Assembly (NCBI RefSeq): GCF_006345805.1
Contig: NC_043005.1
Coordinates: forward strand, 101,432,001-101,496,000
Reading direction: 5' to 3'
From: Octopus sinensis
Taxonomy: Eukaryota
DNA length: 64,000 nt
The position numbers were made by a program, and so were the translations under genes. The notes beneath the pieces are model-generated. The model had not been told where the DNA came from. It searched no databases and saw only the letters and a program-made list of their open reading frames with translations. Of the stretch, positions 42,891-57,953 are shown piece by piece. The stretch's first letter is position 1. Each line of letters opens with the position of its first letter.

Positions 42891-44394
42891 CACACACATG
42901 CACGAACAAAATACAAACAGATGTGTGCACAGATGAGCACTTGTGTGTGTATGTACATATATACGTACATATGTATGTATACAAGTGTGTGAGAGTGTAT
43001 GTGGACACATGAGACAAAGATAGATGGGAACTGATAACAATATATACAAATATAAAAAAGACACATCTATAATGTATATACATATGCAAAAATCTTATAT
43101 ACATATATAAAACTTGTTTATAAGCACTTTTACATTATACATATACATAAAAAGACGTAATCTCACCAACATATACAAATTTACAAAAATACAAATCAAC
43201 TACCTTCATACACACATAAGATATTTACATACATGTCTGTATATACACATGTATTTCATATTTTTTTTACTTGTTTGAATCAATTGACTGCAGCTATGCT
43301 GGGGCACACAAAATATTTATATACATGCATGTATATAAACATAGACATATGTTCACACATGCTAAAGAAGTGTGTGTGTGTGTGTGTGTGCAGTTCTGTG
43401 ATATTGAATAAGAACTGACTTAGTAATGATCCTATGTTTCCAATGCCTGCATAAAAAAATGAGGATGCATGCATTCCATATTTTACAATATAAATATTCA
43501 TACCATAACTATCAACGTTTTATTATAGAAAGCTTGAATTTGTCTTCTTGGTGAGGTTCTGTTAACTCCTTTTAAGTAGCAGTGAAATTTTGTCAAATGC
43601 TTCCATCAGGAACAGAGCTCTGACGTGACACAATTTGAGCATTTCAGCAAGGAAATTGGCTTCCTAAAGATATGATGAACCAGTGTAATAAAGGTGAGAT
43701 GCTAAAATTATTATGGCTTGTTTCTGTAATCAATATTTTATAAGTACAGTGAATTTGCTAAGGGGGAGAGGAAAATATAACATTTTCGGCAGAGTTCATC
43801 ATCAGGAAAAAATTGAAAGATGGACTCTCTCCGAAAGAAGATTTTCCACTCACAACAGCAAGTTCATTGCACTCCTTTAATCGATTTTACTATAAGTCTA
43901 GCGGACACAGACCAACACCAGCCACTTTCAAGTTTGTATACCAACATCAACTGGACCTATATTCCTTTTGAGACACCAATTAACTGAGACAACAATTTTG
44001 ACAAGTATCACATTTTATTAGTAACATACGAATTTAGTTTGACCTTTTTTCTTTTTTTAAATCATTTTGCATTTGTTTACAGACCATATTTTCATATTCA
44101 CTCTCCAGTGACCTAGCATATTTGTGCAACCATCATTTGCTTAAATTTATTCACTCGAAATATCAATCTGGTTTCGGTGGATAATTTTTTTTTTTCTTTC
44201 TCTTCTTTCAACAAAATAGAGTCCAGGTAAATGGTAATGGCTGTTTGCTATTTTGCAGAAACAAAAAAATGTTTAGTTAAATAAAAAAAAAAAAAAAAGT
44301 GGGGAAAAAATCATCTGAGATTAAAAAAAAAAAAAATTTCAAAAAAAAAAAAAAACTGAAATTATGCAACTGATAATAAATGCAATAAAATAAG

Positions 44395-44468
44395 AAAAAA
44401 GAAAAGAAAAAAACAAAACAAAAAGAAAAGATCAGCAACAACCAAAGGTCGAAGAAAAATTGTTTATT
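44395..44468 (-). terminator. candidate distal cleavage/polyadenylation site
   Basis: Minus strand reads AATAAA (44468-44463), followed about 15-65 nt later by a GU/U-rich element TTTGGTTGTTGCTGATCTTTTCTTTTTGTTTTGTTTTTTT. Confidence 0.55.
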
Positions 44469-47400
44469 GAACTTTTAGTAGTGGACAGTCTATATAAGGG
44501 AATGTCTTGAGGAAAACTGACAACTGCATGACTTCAATGTTGAAAATTACCCTTTGTTTTTGTGCTCTTAATAGCAAGGGTCCTATATGGATTACAGCCA
44601 TTTCAGTTTTTTTCTTTTTCTTCTGACTTTATAAGATACAAGCAAGCAAGTATTAAACTGAGAACCTTAAACCTAGAAATATTCATTACATACAACACAT
44701 GCATACATAAATTACATTCATACTTAGGGTGTTTACTCCTCTCAGCATAATGTCGGTTAACCTTTCTTGCTTTGAACTTTATCAGATGATAAAAAAAAAA
44801 AAAACCAAACTAATTTTGTATCTCATCTGAATATCCATTTATCTTAACCCTTTTACATACGCATCACGCTGTTATAGTTAGAAATTTCATTTTTTTTTTT
44901 TTAATCTAGAAGACCGAAGCGGTGTAACTAGCTACAGCAACACCAATAAATACTTCTGTTTTCTCAAACACAAAACATACCTTCCTGATGTTTACATTTT
45001 ACTTCAGATTTTCCAGGTTTAACTTAGCAATGTTCGAATTTCGAACGTTTCCCACTCACCCTTCTGGCAGAAACAAAAACAATTGCACTGGGAAAAAAGA
45101 TTGAACCAAGAGACTGGAAGAAAAAAAAAAAAAAAGATTGAAAAAAAAGACTAAAAAGATTTTCCTCTGACTACTACTGTGTTGAAACTCTATTTAAATA
45201 TAGTGAGTAAGCAAGTGTAAGCAAATAACAAGACATTAAAACTGATGGTTGCTAATTTCAAATAAGATATTTTAAATTGGAAAGTGAAAAGTGATTAAAA
45301 AGACAAACTCAATAGGTTTCCCAGCCAGTGTGGCAAATGATCTTTTATAACTGCCATCTTACCAAGAACATGCATTGAAGTTACAAAACTGCCAACACTC
45401 ATCCCACTGTACTCTTAATGATGTTATGCTAATGGCTTTAGAGATTAACATAGCTTGCTTCTTCCTTACTTATAATTGCTAAACCATCTTAATCTAACAC
45501 AACCATGGGTGCTTTGCATATCCAGCGATGTAAATGCAGACGAATGATGATATATAAAATAGATGAACCATTTGCTTTTTTTTTTTTCTTCCACCTTAAA
45601 TTTTGTTAATCTTTATGCTTATAGACAGATTCTTAAAAAAATGTTTGCAGTTCCTATAGATTTTTGTTCAGCTATAAATTTCACTTAGTTTTGATACATC
45701 CGTCTGAAGCGTATACACAATATTTTCTATAAATACCTCCAGTGATTAACAAAATAGACTCTTGCAATGCAGAACTCCCCTAGTAAATATACTCTTGTAT
45801 CGCATACTTACTTTACAGGACTCCCCCAAGCAAATAGCTTAGTGAACCAATAACTAATTCCCCAACAGATTGTTTTTTTTCTTTCTTTTTAAGCTTAATA
45901 TTCATTTTTAAGACATAACGGACGAAATAAAGACTTTAAATGTTTGGTCTCTGGTAGGTAGCACAAAACAACATGCAAAATTGAGGCAATATATAGCTTA
46001 CAGGGACTGGTTTAAAGCTTTGGCAACAAACGACAAACGTCAACAGATAAAACTTCCAATATTAAAATATTCATATGAAAACCACTAACAATTGCTGGCA
46101 TAATACCAGTTGTTTTACAACATTACATAAATATTTAAACATACAATGGCGTAACAGTTATTTCAGATCAGAAAAAGGTGGGCAGTTAACTAATTGTAAA
46201 TTTAGTAAGAAAAATTACGATATATGTCAAGTGCCATACAAATATATATAAGTTGAGAGGCACTATATTTTCTCAAGAGGATTTAATAGAAAAAAAAAAA
46301 AAAAGAAAGAAAAATAACTTTCAAGTTGGTACCAATTTATAATTCAGATATTCAACATTTATCTATCATGATACCCAACACGTAATCGCATCAGTCACTA
46401 GATCACATGTCCAAATGTTTGCAGCTCATGAACAACTCAGGAAAATAAAATTTTCGCAATATTTCATTTTAACAATAACAGCTAAATTGTTCAAGAGCGC
46501 CAGTTAAATATGATTTTAATAAACTGTAAAATTTCAGATTTCATAACCTAAAATAGAAGATAAAGGAGAGTTTTCTTGTGACTAGAACAAATGTAGTTTT
46601 AAAACAAAGAAATACATTTTTAAGTCTTTGATAATGAATATCAACAAATACAGACTTAGATGTACTTTTTCGGGTTTCAAGCAGTCATCTTAAAAAATAT
46701 TTTGAAACCATCTGTAACGTCCTTCTGGAAATATTTTGACTTAACACTTCACATAAGATAAAGTGAAGAGTTAGCCAGCATGGATCCATCGAGCAGGCAA
46801 GTATTTTAAACAATCCATTTGATGTGTGAGCACTTAAGTCAGCAGTAAAAATCTGGGATTTTAATTAGAGGAGATTAAACTTAAGGCTAATGTAGACATT
46901 GCCTAAACAAGAGGCGATAAGATCAATAAACCTGCCTCAACAATAAAGATAACATGGAAAAGTTTCTTGTAATACTTGCTCAAAGTCTTACTAGCACTAG
47001 TGGTCTTGGAATAATTATTTTTGTGCAAACTGTAGATTAACGAATATGATAATGATTTATATTTTCGCTCAGATGATTCTTTAAAAATTAACTGAATTCC
47101 ACTTAATATCTCTACAAGTAATTAATAGAAAGAAATGTAAAACACTAAGTAATTATAGATCTAGTGCTCTAGCATTTTGTTACCACGTAAAAATCTAATA
47201 GTGTCACTAATGAAATGGAACAGAGAAATAACGAATAGTAGTAGCAGTGCAAATAGTAACATTAGTAGCATCAGCTACAGTTATGGCAGAAGAAAAGAAA
47301 AACAAGAATCTGAGAGTTGAAACTGTCTCTGGAAAAGGCAGTTTGCAACAACAACAACAACAACAAGAACAACAACAGGAAACTGATGTCAATGGATGAG

Positions 47401-50400
47401 AACATTTGATAGCAATGATATCGAAGAAATGTTATGAGAATGAGAAATAGTTCAATCCACTACCTGATTAAATAGAAATAAAACAGCAAAACATCTCATT
47501 CTTCTCTATTCAATACACTACATGGTATAAAATGGTTCAGAAAAGATCAGCAGTTTATAAACAGCAAGTCTTGAAGACTGCAGTTAAACTTTCAAGACTA
47601 TGTTTCTGCAGGAACAAAGCCCTGAATATAGTAATTTTTTTTCCTCTTCTTCTTCATGGCAAGGTTTTATTCGGCAGTGGTTCTAGCACCCTTAGTCTGC
47701 GACAGTTATTAAAAACAAGTTTTATAAATTGGACTCCAGTCAATGTAACTATCTGTTCTGACTGGTCTTATCGCATACATTACATAGACCGAAACACCTT
47801 TTCGGTATTATGTCTAATGTTGAATAACAATGAAATAACTTGCAACCAATAATGGCCAACACTGAACTAAAAGTATGATTTAACAAACATGGAATCTTTA
47901 AAATGTAGCATATAAAGAATTTGAAACATTCATATTGTCTGTTGATATCTAGATAGTACAAGTAGACAATTAGTCAAAGGTTTGCCAAAGAGTCCAATAC
48001 ACAGAAAGAAATTTATAGTTCCACATATCACTAATTTACCGCTTATATGGCAGAAATATCAATTAGCATTGAAAAGATAAATCCTTTTTGTCCAGAATTC
48101 AGTAACTAAACGAGAAGTATTTTGACGTTTTACAGAAACTTTCCAGTAGGCAATGAAACTAGCTCAAGTGCAGATTGAAAGTGAAGAAATAAACAAGTAA
48201 AACTAACTAATACAGAGTGACTAGAGAGAAAATGGAGAAGAAAGTATCTTCCAGAGTCAGAATAGGTAGGAGAAAATAAAGATAAAATAGAGTTGGTTGG
48301 ATAAGGATATATTCGATAGTATCTTAAATGATACCTACCCGTATGTATTAATCTGAATCATTATGAAGGATAGGAATTCATGTTAATTTAGGGGTTTGTA
48401 TGTCAAATATTTTAACAATAAATCCTCCACCATATTGTGAGGTAGTTGAATTATCTCTCATAATCTAGAGTTGTTCAAATTTTGTACTTATAAGTACAAT
48501 TCAGAAGTGGACGTGGTATATCAAATTTTTATATTCTTTTAAGAACTAAGCTATCGCACCCTACGACAAGAAAGAATATCCTCTCCTCATAATACTTGAC
48601 ATAATTACAGCAGCTATATAAACAGATTTCAAATAGAATTCTAAAGTATTTCAGTATCTTGTTCGAATATGCAGAGAGAAAGGAACAATGAATAATAAGG
48701 AAAGCAGAAAAATTAAATTAAATACAATGAAGGTTCGTTTGATTAGGTGGTACAGCAATTTTAGAATATTAATATTCGGCTGGTTACTTCTATAAAATAC
48801 CATCAATTTTTCTTTTTGCTAAGTCTTTTTAACTACTAGTACACTTATGAGGAAGATTCAATAGTATCCAGAAAAACAGTTAAATATCATGAATAAATTT
48901 TAACCGTTCAGAATAGAAAGAATGCAATTTCCATCACAAATTCAAGAAACCTGGTACAGGCTAGCAAAAATTCTTAGTTTACAATACATGATAAAAAAAA
49001 AAAAAAAGAAAAAGAATTCCTATTCAAACAGACTTTTAATACTTTCCTCCTAAAAATGAACCATTGTCACATAATTCTTTATAAATTAAGATATGCATAT
49101 ACATCTCAAAATATAAGAAAACTCCTTATATCAATACTGAATATCGTTGTTGTAGAAATTCAAGAAATGTCTACCCCAATTTATTGATGGAGAAGCTGAA
49201 TGAACATTTTTTTCCAGTGTCTTTTAACTTTAAATAACAAACACTGTAAAAATTTCACTTAGAGAAGAACCAGCACACTTTGCTAAAATTTTTAATTTTC
49301 TATCATCAGATAGAAAACTATTTTCTCTCCTCATTGCAAAACTGAAATCCATTTGTGCAGTAAAAAGAAAAATCTTTGAAAGTTTTTGTTCAATGCCTCA
49401 AAGGTGATTTCTGTTTATATTATTTTTTGTATGCGTTTCTGTTTTTTTTTTTAAATTTATTTTCGTCTGAAAATTTTCAGTTATGAAAGTGTCACTATTA
49501 TCAAGTGAAACATAGGCATTTGAAGCCTGAATGCATTGACAAAAAGACTTTATAATACTTCAGCTTCACCACTAGAATTATGACAGGTATTAGGTAAACA
49601 AACTAAGATTCCAGGCAGGAAATCTGACCGACATGGCCTCATTACCAAGGCAACAGAGACATCTTAGAAGAGATGATACATTAAGCCATCTTTAAAAGGA
49701 AGATGATTGATTTCAGGGATGTTCAAATAATTCATTGTTGAGGGTTAAAATATTAATACTAAGATAGAGGATTGTAAAATGTTATCTTGAATAAATGAAG
49801 TGGATGGAGGTAAGTTTTAATGATCTTTCTGATGGCAGTCATGAAATTATTTTATGTACAAGAACTTCTGAAAATTCTTAAGCCTATAAAAAAATCCATG
49901 ACAAGATGAATAGCAAAATATAGATATTTTTTCTTGCCAATTGATAGTTTAGAAAAATTTTAAAATGCATAACTTTCAATAGTTCAATAGCCAAATATTG
50001 AAAAACTGTTGGCAAACTATTGCAAGTTTTTATTCAGCAAGAATAAATTACTTTTGATTCTCAATAAATTGCATAGATATTCCCCCAGTAACACACAAGT
50101 GGCTAAAAATACCAGTCTAACAACATACTCAAATTTATTATATTTATATTAAAGTGGGCATTATTCAGTAATTAAAATTAGATGTGTATAGAAATTATGA
50201 AAATTGATTAATCTAATAAACTAACTAAATTGATTATCTAAAAATGAATAATTTCTATAAATTCTTAGTATCTTATTAAATAATTTTTCAATAAAGATAA
50301 CAGTTATTGCTACAACAGGAAATAATTACGTAACTACTCTTCATTTTACTCCAATATAAATAAACCTACAATATTCCTAACTGCCAATACAAATTGTAAA

Positions 50401-53400
50401 AATATTGAGTTCAATTCTGTTAAAATCTTTACTCCAGAATTTAATATAATGGCTCATTAAAAGCCAAATAGTATTTTTTTCTGTTAGAATTTTACAAATA
50501 CATCTCACGATTTGCTGAGATCATGTCAGCAGCATACTTTACAAAACTTTTATTGAAGTGTCTTTTTCATTCTTTTTTGTTTTTCTTTGCACACAACCAA
50601 CATTTTCAAGCAGCAGCTCTATACACCTTCAAGTGAAATGGTGTCGTCATACAAGACATTTCTAAATCACAATCTCAAAACATTTAACAACTGAACACTG
50701 AACCAATGTTCCGCAAGCATTAGTTTAATATAAATAATTGGTCCCGAAATATCAAATATTGGAAGGCATTAATATAATTTTATTATATGTACTCATAAAT
50801 ATGCTACATTGAAATTTGACAATAACTATGCAAAAATCACATAGTTTGAGGAAGTCTATAGGTATATATACACCATTAATTTTCAAGAGAAGCGACTGTA
50901 AAAGCAGCTAAAGTAAGATTCTTAGTAATTATACTATTCAGCCTAAAATCTGACATCCAGCAAGTAAATTTAACTTGAATGTTTAGACAACTGAACTTTG
51001 TAGAAGCTGGGTTTTCTTTCAAGAAGACAAGACAAGGAATTTTTTTAAATAGAAAAAGGCAAAGAATGTATCAAAAATAGAAAATGGTATTTTTTTCAAT
51101 TAAATATTTTATTGGTTTCAAAAAATTGCCTGCAAAATTTAATTATGGCTCATTAACGGATAAGCAACCTGAATACAATTCATTTTTTTTCTCAACCAAT
51201 CTATTGTCTGCCACTTAAAACTGAAACATTGGAACCCTGAAACATGATGTTCAGGTAAAATTTGTATTGCACAATGTTTTAGTCAGTATAAAGTATCTAA
51301 AAGATGTTGAAATATTTAAAAAAAATGGCAAGTGGGGAAAATATTTGGAATGTATGTTCTCATATAAATCAGCTGTTTATGGGATTAAAGAAACAATACT
51401 TCTAATTTATTTTAACCACAATTATACCCAACAAAAACTAAACATTTTTAAAATGTGCAAATGGATTTGGAATGTTTATAGGTTGGTGAATAAATAAAAA
51501 GTGAAAAGGAAAAAAAAGTTGTAATACATCGCTGGAATAACAATTTTCCCCATGACTGAGTTTTATGTTCCCGTTAGCCAACTTATAGAAATCAATCAAC
51601 AGTTTGAGGCCACAAAGTGGGGCAAATTTGGTAGTGCAAATGCTCATAACAGAGTGTTATCCAGCATTCGAGACTTATGTTTCCTTCACAATAACCTTCT
51701 GGCAGAAGCAACTGCAGATAAAATAAGTGTAATTAAGAAGCAATTAATCTATTGAGTCAGATTTCAAAAAAAAAAAAGAAAAAAAAAAGGAAAGAAAAAA
51801 GTTTCTATCATTAGTGAGAAAACATTCCACACTTCAAAATAAACAGCAAAAAGGAAAAAAAAAAAAAAAAGAAAAAGAAAAAAGTGGATTCAAAAATAAA
51901 GTAAAAAATAGAAACCAACAATTAACTTTTGTATTATAATTCATATTTGAAATGAAAAATAGTCTTAGTAAATTATCAATATTTAAACTTTCAAGAAATT
52001 ACAAACAAATTATAGCTTCAACAATTGTGAACAATCAGAAGTTAATCTAGTCATATGTTTGCTAAGTGGCAGTCGTTCTGGATACTGTCCATAAGAAATC
52101 ACTTTGTAATTTTAGTCTGCTTGCTTGTAGCTAGAAAGAAGGTCAACTGTGAAGTATGAAAAACGACAGAAACATACAGGTTTGTTACAGTAATGTCTTA
52201 TTTGAGGCCCACAATGTCACGATCAAATATGTATTGCATAAAGACATCTGAGCAATGTTTTCTTCTTTTAAATAGCCAAGCCTCTTGGAGGACTTACACA
52301 GCAGTAAGATGATCATCAGAAATATGAAAATGTTGACTTTTTCAAAGTAACACTGGTAAGGGAAAACCATCCATTCTCATGCATTGATTACCTGACACGT
52401 TAGTGCAAACTAACTTTGAATGCAGAAATTTTATTGCATAATTTGACATGTAGAAAATACAAAAACAGCAATACAACCAAAACTACAAGTAAGGAAATAA
52501 CAGCCAGCTGCTCCAACTAAAATAATTACTTGGGGTTGAAGTTAAATGATTTTCCCCAAGATAAATCACAAAGTAGAAGAAAAACGCAAAAGTAAGAACA
52601 AGACAACATGAAGCAAATTCATACAGAAGAGTAAATGGTCAGGATCTAAAATTTCCTGGACAAACTTTCCCCAACTGTAAAACTTAACTAATTCAAAAAC
52701 AATTCAAATACCACAAGTTTGTTTACTTTACCTAAACTGGAATGAAATTGTAAAAGACAAAATCCAAAGTCTTGAAAAACATTGAAATCAGAAACATGTT
52801 GTAATAATAATGATAATAATAATAATAATGATAATAATAATAATACTAAATACACAATTTTAAGACGGTGGGACCTTGAAAATTTGTTTACTTCAATACA
52901 AAAATGCAACAAATATCAAATAATTAAAACTGATTTACTGAATCTCTTAAAAACTGTATGGTATGGAGTAATATTAATTAAAGATGTTGCAGACAACACG
53001 TAACAGCACTGGGTATGATAGCAGCAGCTGTTGTGTGCAGCTGAGTAACGAACAAATGTCAGCATTTTGTTGAGGTTTTTTTGGGATTTTTATTTTCTTT
53101 AACAAATTGAGATCACTTTCAGCACAGTTTCTCCGCATTAAAAAGGAGATTTGCATATCTTTTTCTTTTTCTTTTTTTAAAAATCTTGTAGAACATTTGA
53201 TCAAAAGTTTTTGGGGTTTTTTTTAGGGAATAGGGGGATTGGGTGTAACGAACACCAATGCCTGAATTGTGGCTCATAAAATAGAACAATACACAATTCA
53301 ACATCAGACCAACAATTTGTTTTGCGAAAACTCGTGCTCTCCAAAAGTGAGCAAATATATTCTCCAAACATATATTCAATTATGTATAAAAAACTTTACA

Positions 53401-55684
53401 AACTGGAATTACGTTCATCAAATATTTTAAGGTAATTTTACAGTTTTTTTTTTTGTTCCCTTTTAAAGCAGAATATTTCCTTTAGAATATTAACCTCTGA
53501 AGACCAGTCATATATACAAAGAGGCTCATTAGCTGAGCACGGTCAAGTGCAATCAGTTTAAATTCTATTCCAGGAATGTTTGGATCTTTACAGGAAAATT
53601 TGTAACAGCAGATTTCCATAATGGATATAGTGTGCAACAAATTCATTCCACCCTTTGTTAACTCAATTTCGCCTGATCTGTGTATATATTTACATTCATG
53701 TTGACCTCATTAAAATTGAATAGGATGTAAAAATCATCATTTGAAATGGAAGATCTTTGGTTGTTTTGCCCATGTGAATTTGACAAACCTTTGAGTTGTT
53801 CTTTCACCCTTCATACAGCTCCCATAAAGCCAACCATGCCAAAAAAACATGCTGTTAGGGCAGCAGTTGGAATTAACTGCAACGTTTAAATGTTTAGCAT
53901 CACTAAAAAAAAAAAAAAAAAAAAAAAAATTTTTTATAAATAAAAAGCTGAACCAGTCTTCACTCACGATTGGCTAACAAAGGGCTTGTCTGCTGGTTAT
54001 TCTTCGCCTTATGCATATAATTCCCCAGGAAAGTTTCGAAGATATAGTGCTGATATGTTGAATTAAAACAATAAGATTTTAGGAGATAAACAGTCAAACT
54101 TACAATCAAAGCAGGCTTCTTTTTTCTTTCTTTTTTTTTTATATAACCTTTTTTTGTGACTTTTTAAAATTTTAAATAGGTCTCTATTGATAGAGAAAAT
54201 TATAAGATAAAACTGGTCAGGATCAAAAACAAGTCATTAACACTAAGTGAATTAGAGCTGAATATAATAAAGAAGTGTTCTGTGCATTGCAAAGTATTTC
54301 AAATGTTTCTATAGAAAATGATGTATGGCATAAAATAACATTTATAAAAGATTGCTTTACACAAATTTGTAGAAAGCAAAGGAATCAAGATTTAAAATCA
54401 AATTATTCCAATTGGTATTGTAGTAAAGGATTCTTTAAACTTTTGCTACATATATAATTATTGAATTTATAGAAAAATACTGTCAGTAGATGCTTGATCA
54501 AATAGAAGCTATTGAATTGCATAAGCAAGAGGACATATCAGGCAGATCTTTGAAGGCATGAAACATTTACCACTGATTTGGGAATATAAATTACTTTTTC
54601 TTTCAAGTTATTAACAAGAATTCAATCTATTCATTTTAATTTACATTAAAAAAAAAAAAGTAAAAATTTTAGTTGATGACTGAACATTAATAACTAATGA
54701 AAGTACTGCTCAACAGGACACTAGAAATGTTTAAAGAGCATTATTAGATCAGTCTAATTGGGTCTAAAAAAGGAATAAATGAATACCCACAGTGAAACAT
54801 GTCAAATTTAGATAACAGTGAAATATCTTCAACTGAGATAACACAGTAAATTATTAAATAAGTTTTAACCAATGCCAAATTTTCAGTCTAATTTTAAAGA
54901 TTATATTAAATAGCATCTGCAAAGTTAAATTACCATAGTACTAACATACTAATATTTACTGAAAGTGAATTGAAGAAATTGCAAGTTAAAGCATTTGAAT
55001 CAAATTCCTTTGAAAATCTTAATTTAGATTATTTTCCTAAGGAAAAGTTTGCCTGTTTAAAAATAAAAGAAACTGTATATTTTTAACTGCAAAGCAATGT
55101 AATAAGTAGAACTTAGAAAAATGATATTAATATAATAATGCAAAGAGTTAACCTAATTTTGAACACTTCAAGAAGCCAAAAGATTCAAATTTTTTGTCTT
55201 TAAAATTAGAATCAAAACCATTTTAGATAAGAAAGAAACACTATTCTCATCAGCAAGTAGAAGGGAAGTAGTCCTGTTTAGATGGGAAATTTGTTTTTGA
55301 AAACATTAACACCAGTCTTTTGAAAAGGAAACTGACTGTATAGCAGTCGTTTGTTTTAATGCTAGATTTTACTAGAATGGGACAACCAATTCCCTGAGTG
55401 ATAGTTCTTAACTCAAAAATACATATTCAAAATATTTTTTTCACCCTTAAAAGTTTATCATTTGTAACGATTTGTAATAGAACATTTACAGAATATAACC
55501 AGAAATATAACCGGTTCTTCAAATATAAATCTTAATTTAAATATTGCAGAAAATACTTGGAATGAAATATTACGTATGTAGATAGGAAGGAAAGGAAAGA
55601 GATTAGAGAGAAAGAATACAAGTATTGTCCTGCAGTATAACAAAACTTTCCTCTGTGTATCAAGTGAATATATATACACATTTA

Positions 55685-55745
<61 letters not shown>

Positions 55746-57247
55746 GTGTGTATATATATATACCTCTAGAATACTCAAGGATTTTTGAGAAGTTGAAAAG
55801 GGAGGGGAAAAATGTATCCATCCAAATTTGAGAGTCAGTCAAAGCCGCTAGAGCTGAGATTCAATAGCTAAGGCATTAGATATGGTGTAGAATATAATTA
55901 AGAATGAATTTTCATGAGCATCTCAGACAAAATACCCACCCGTCCACCCACCAAGTGTTAGTCAAAGATGAACATCAGTAGAGTATCAAAATAGTCTTAG
56001 TATGGGAAGAATGAACTAATGAACACGTTTTATAAATCACAGTGTAAATATAATTTCAGGGAAAAATCCCCACAGGAGGAGAATTAAACTACCAAACTTT
56101 ATATACGTGTCCTCATGTCTCCTATGAAAGACAATTTTCATAAATTGACAGTCATCCAAAAAGAATTTTTCTCTTCAGAAGTTCTTATGGACGGATGCCA
56201 GATGATAGCTTTAAATGGGAATATCCTGATAAATTAGATAACTAGAGGAGCAGAACAATACTTCCCAACAGGTTTCTTGCTTTCATGTTCAGTTTCTCTG
56301 TAATTTTGGTTGAGCCCTCTTGAAGTTCTTAGTTGAGCTAATGGAGAAGTAAAATGCTAAAAAGATTAATATCAAGTTATGTCATGGTAGCAGCTGTATT
56401 TTTTTATGTCATGCATCATTTTCATGAAGATGAAATAGAGATTTTAAAATTATAATAAAATGTCACTGGATGTGGTCAGCCAGTAAAGATAATGAGATCA
56501 CATTTTGCACATTGAGGGGGAAGGGAAGAAATTCAGTATAAATAATTAGTAAACTTATATGGACTGTCACACAGTTCACTCAATTTGAAAGTAGAAATTA
56601 CTACACAAATAACAGATGTAAAAGTACAGATTAAACTAAAAGACAGAATTACTAAAGCAAACTATTTCTTTTACAACGTTATTTTTTTTTTAATTTAAAA
56701 AGAAAAAAAAGAAAGCAGCTTTACTAAGAAATAAATAAAATGGCAAACAAACTATTAGTGAAAAAGCAGCATGCAATGAAAAAAAAAAGCAACAAACCAG
56801 ACAAAATAATGAAAAAAATTTAATAACGATAAATTAGTGAGCCACAAAATAAACAAAGAAAGACAGAAAAAAAAAATATTAACAGAATGAAACTGTAATA
56901 CTGACAACTAATGATGCAATACTTTGGAAAACAATAAATAATGCAAAAGAAAATAAACAAACAAAAAATACCAATTTCTGCCCGTTTGCTTGACTAAGTT
57001 AAACTATGGGACAAAGTGTCATTAAATAAGTCAAAATAATATATACCAGAATTAAATAAATTATGCTGATATGAACACAAATGGCTTTCACTTCCAATAT
57101 ACTTTGGTGTTTTGATTTAAATCTGATATGCCTTATATGGCGGATGACTGTAGGCCATATGGCATGGAATACACCAGCAAAAAAGTCCGCATCTATGACC
57201 ACATCTCTGACTAGGAGTCCATCAGGATATTTTTTCTCCTTCATGTC
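44445..57247 (-). other. putative very long 3'UTR of the ELAV gene
   Basis: Follows the stop codon, is essentially free of SINEs/transposons, and has many U-rich tracts on the sense strand. The distal end is inferred from the poly(A) signal at 44463-44468. Confidence 0.5.
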
Positions 57248-57664
<417 letters not shown>

Positions 57665-57721
57665 TTATATAAAAACCTTCAAAAAAGCTATATTGAACAA
57701 TTGTTATCAAGTTCTACCAAC

Positions 57722-57953
57722 CTGAATCTTCCAGCAGCATGATGAATTGGACCAAAGATTCTCCTACTTGGTGATAAATATGAAGCTGCTAAAGCTAGAG
57801 GTACAGCATTTTTATTTGAGCTTGGAGAGTTAGCAAACTTTACAGTAATAGGTTCAGTTGCTCCTTCAGGAATGGTACCGTGTAATTTTTGGATAGCTCT
57901 TTCAGCTTCGATTCGTTGATCAAATCGGATGAAGCCAACACCTTTGGATAAGC
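57722..57953 (-). CDS. elav: ELAV/Hu exon (second half of RRM2 plus hinge)
   Basis: 232 nt, TATTTAG| ... TTCAG|GTTGGT, phase 1 to 2. Encodes [78 protein letters not shown], with RNP1 KGVGFIRF. Confidence 0.97.

Noticed and set aside
45029-45049. Small palindrome AATGTTCGAATTTCGAACGTT in the putative UTR
   Set aside because: Short enough to arise by chance in 64 kb, with no supporting context.
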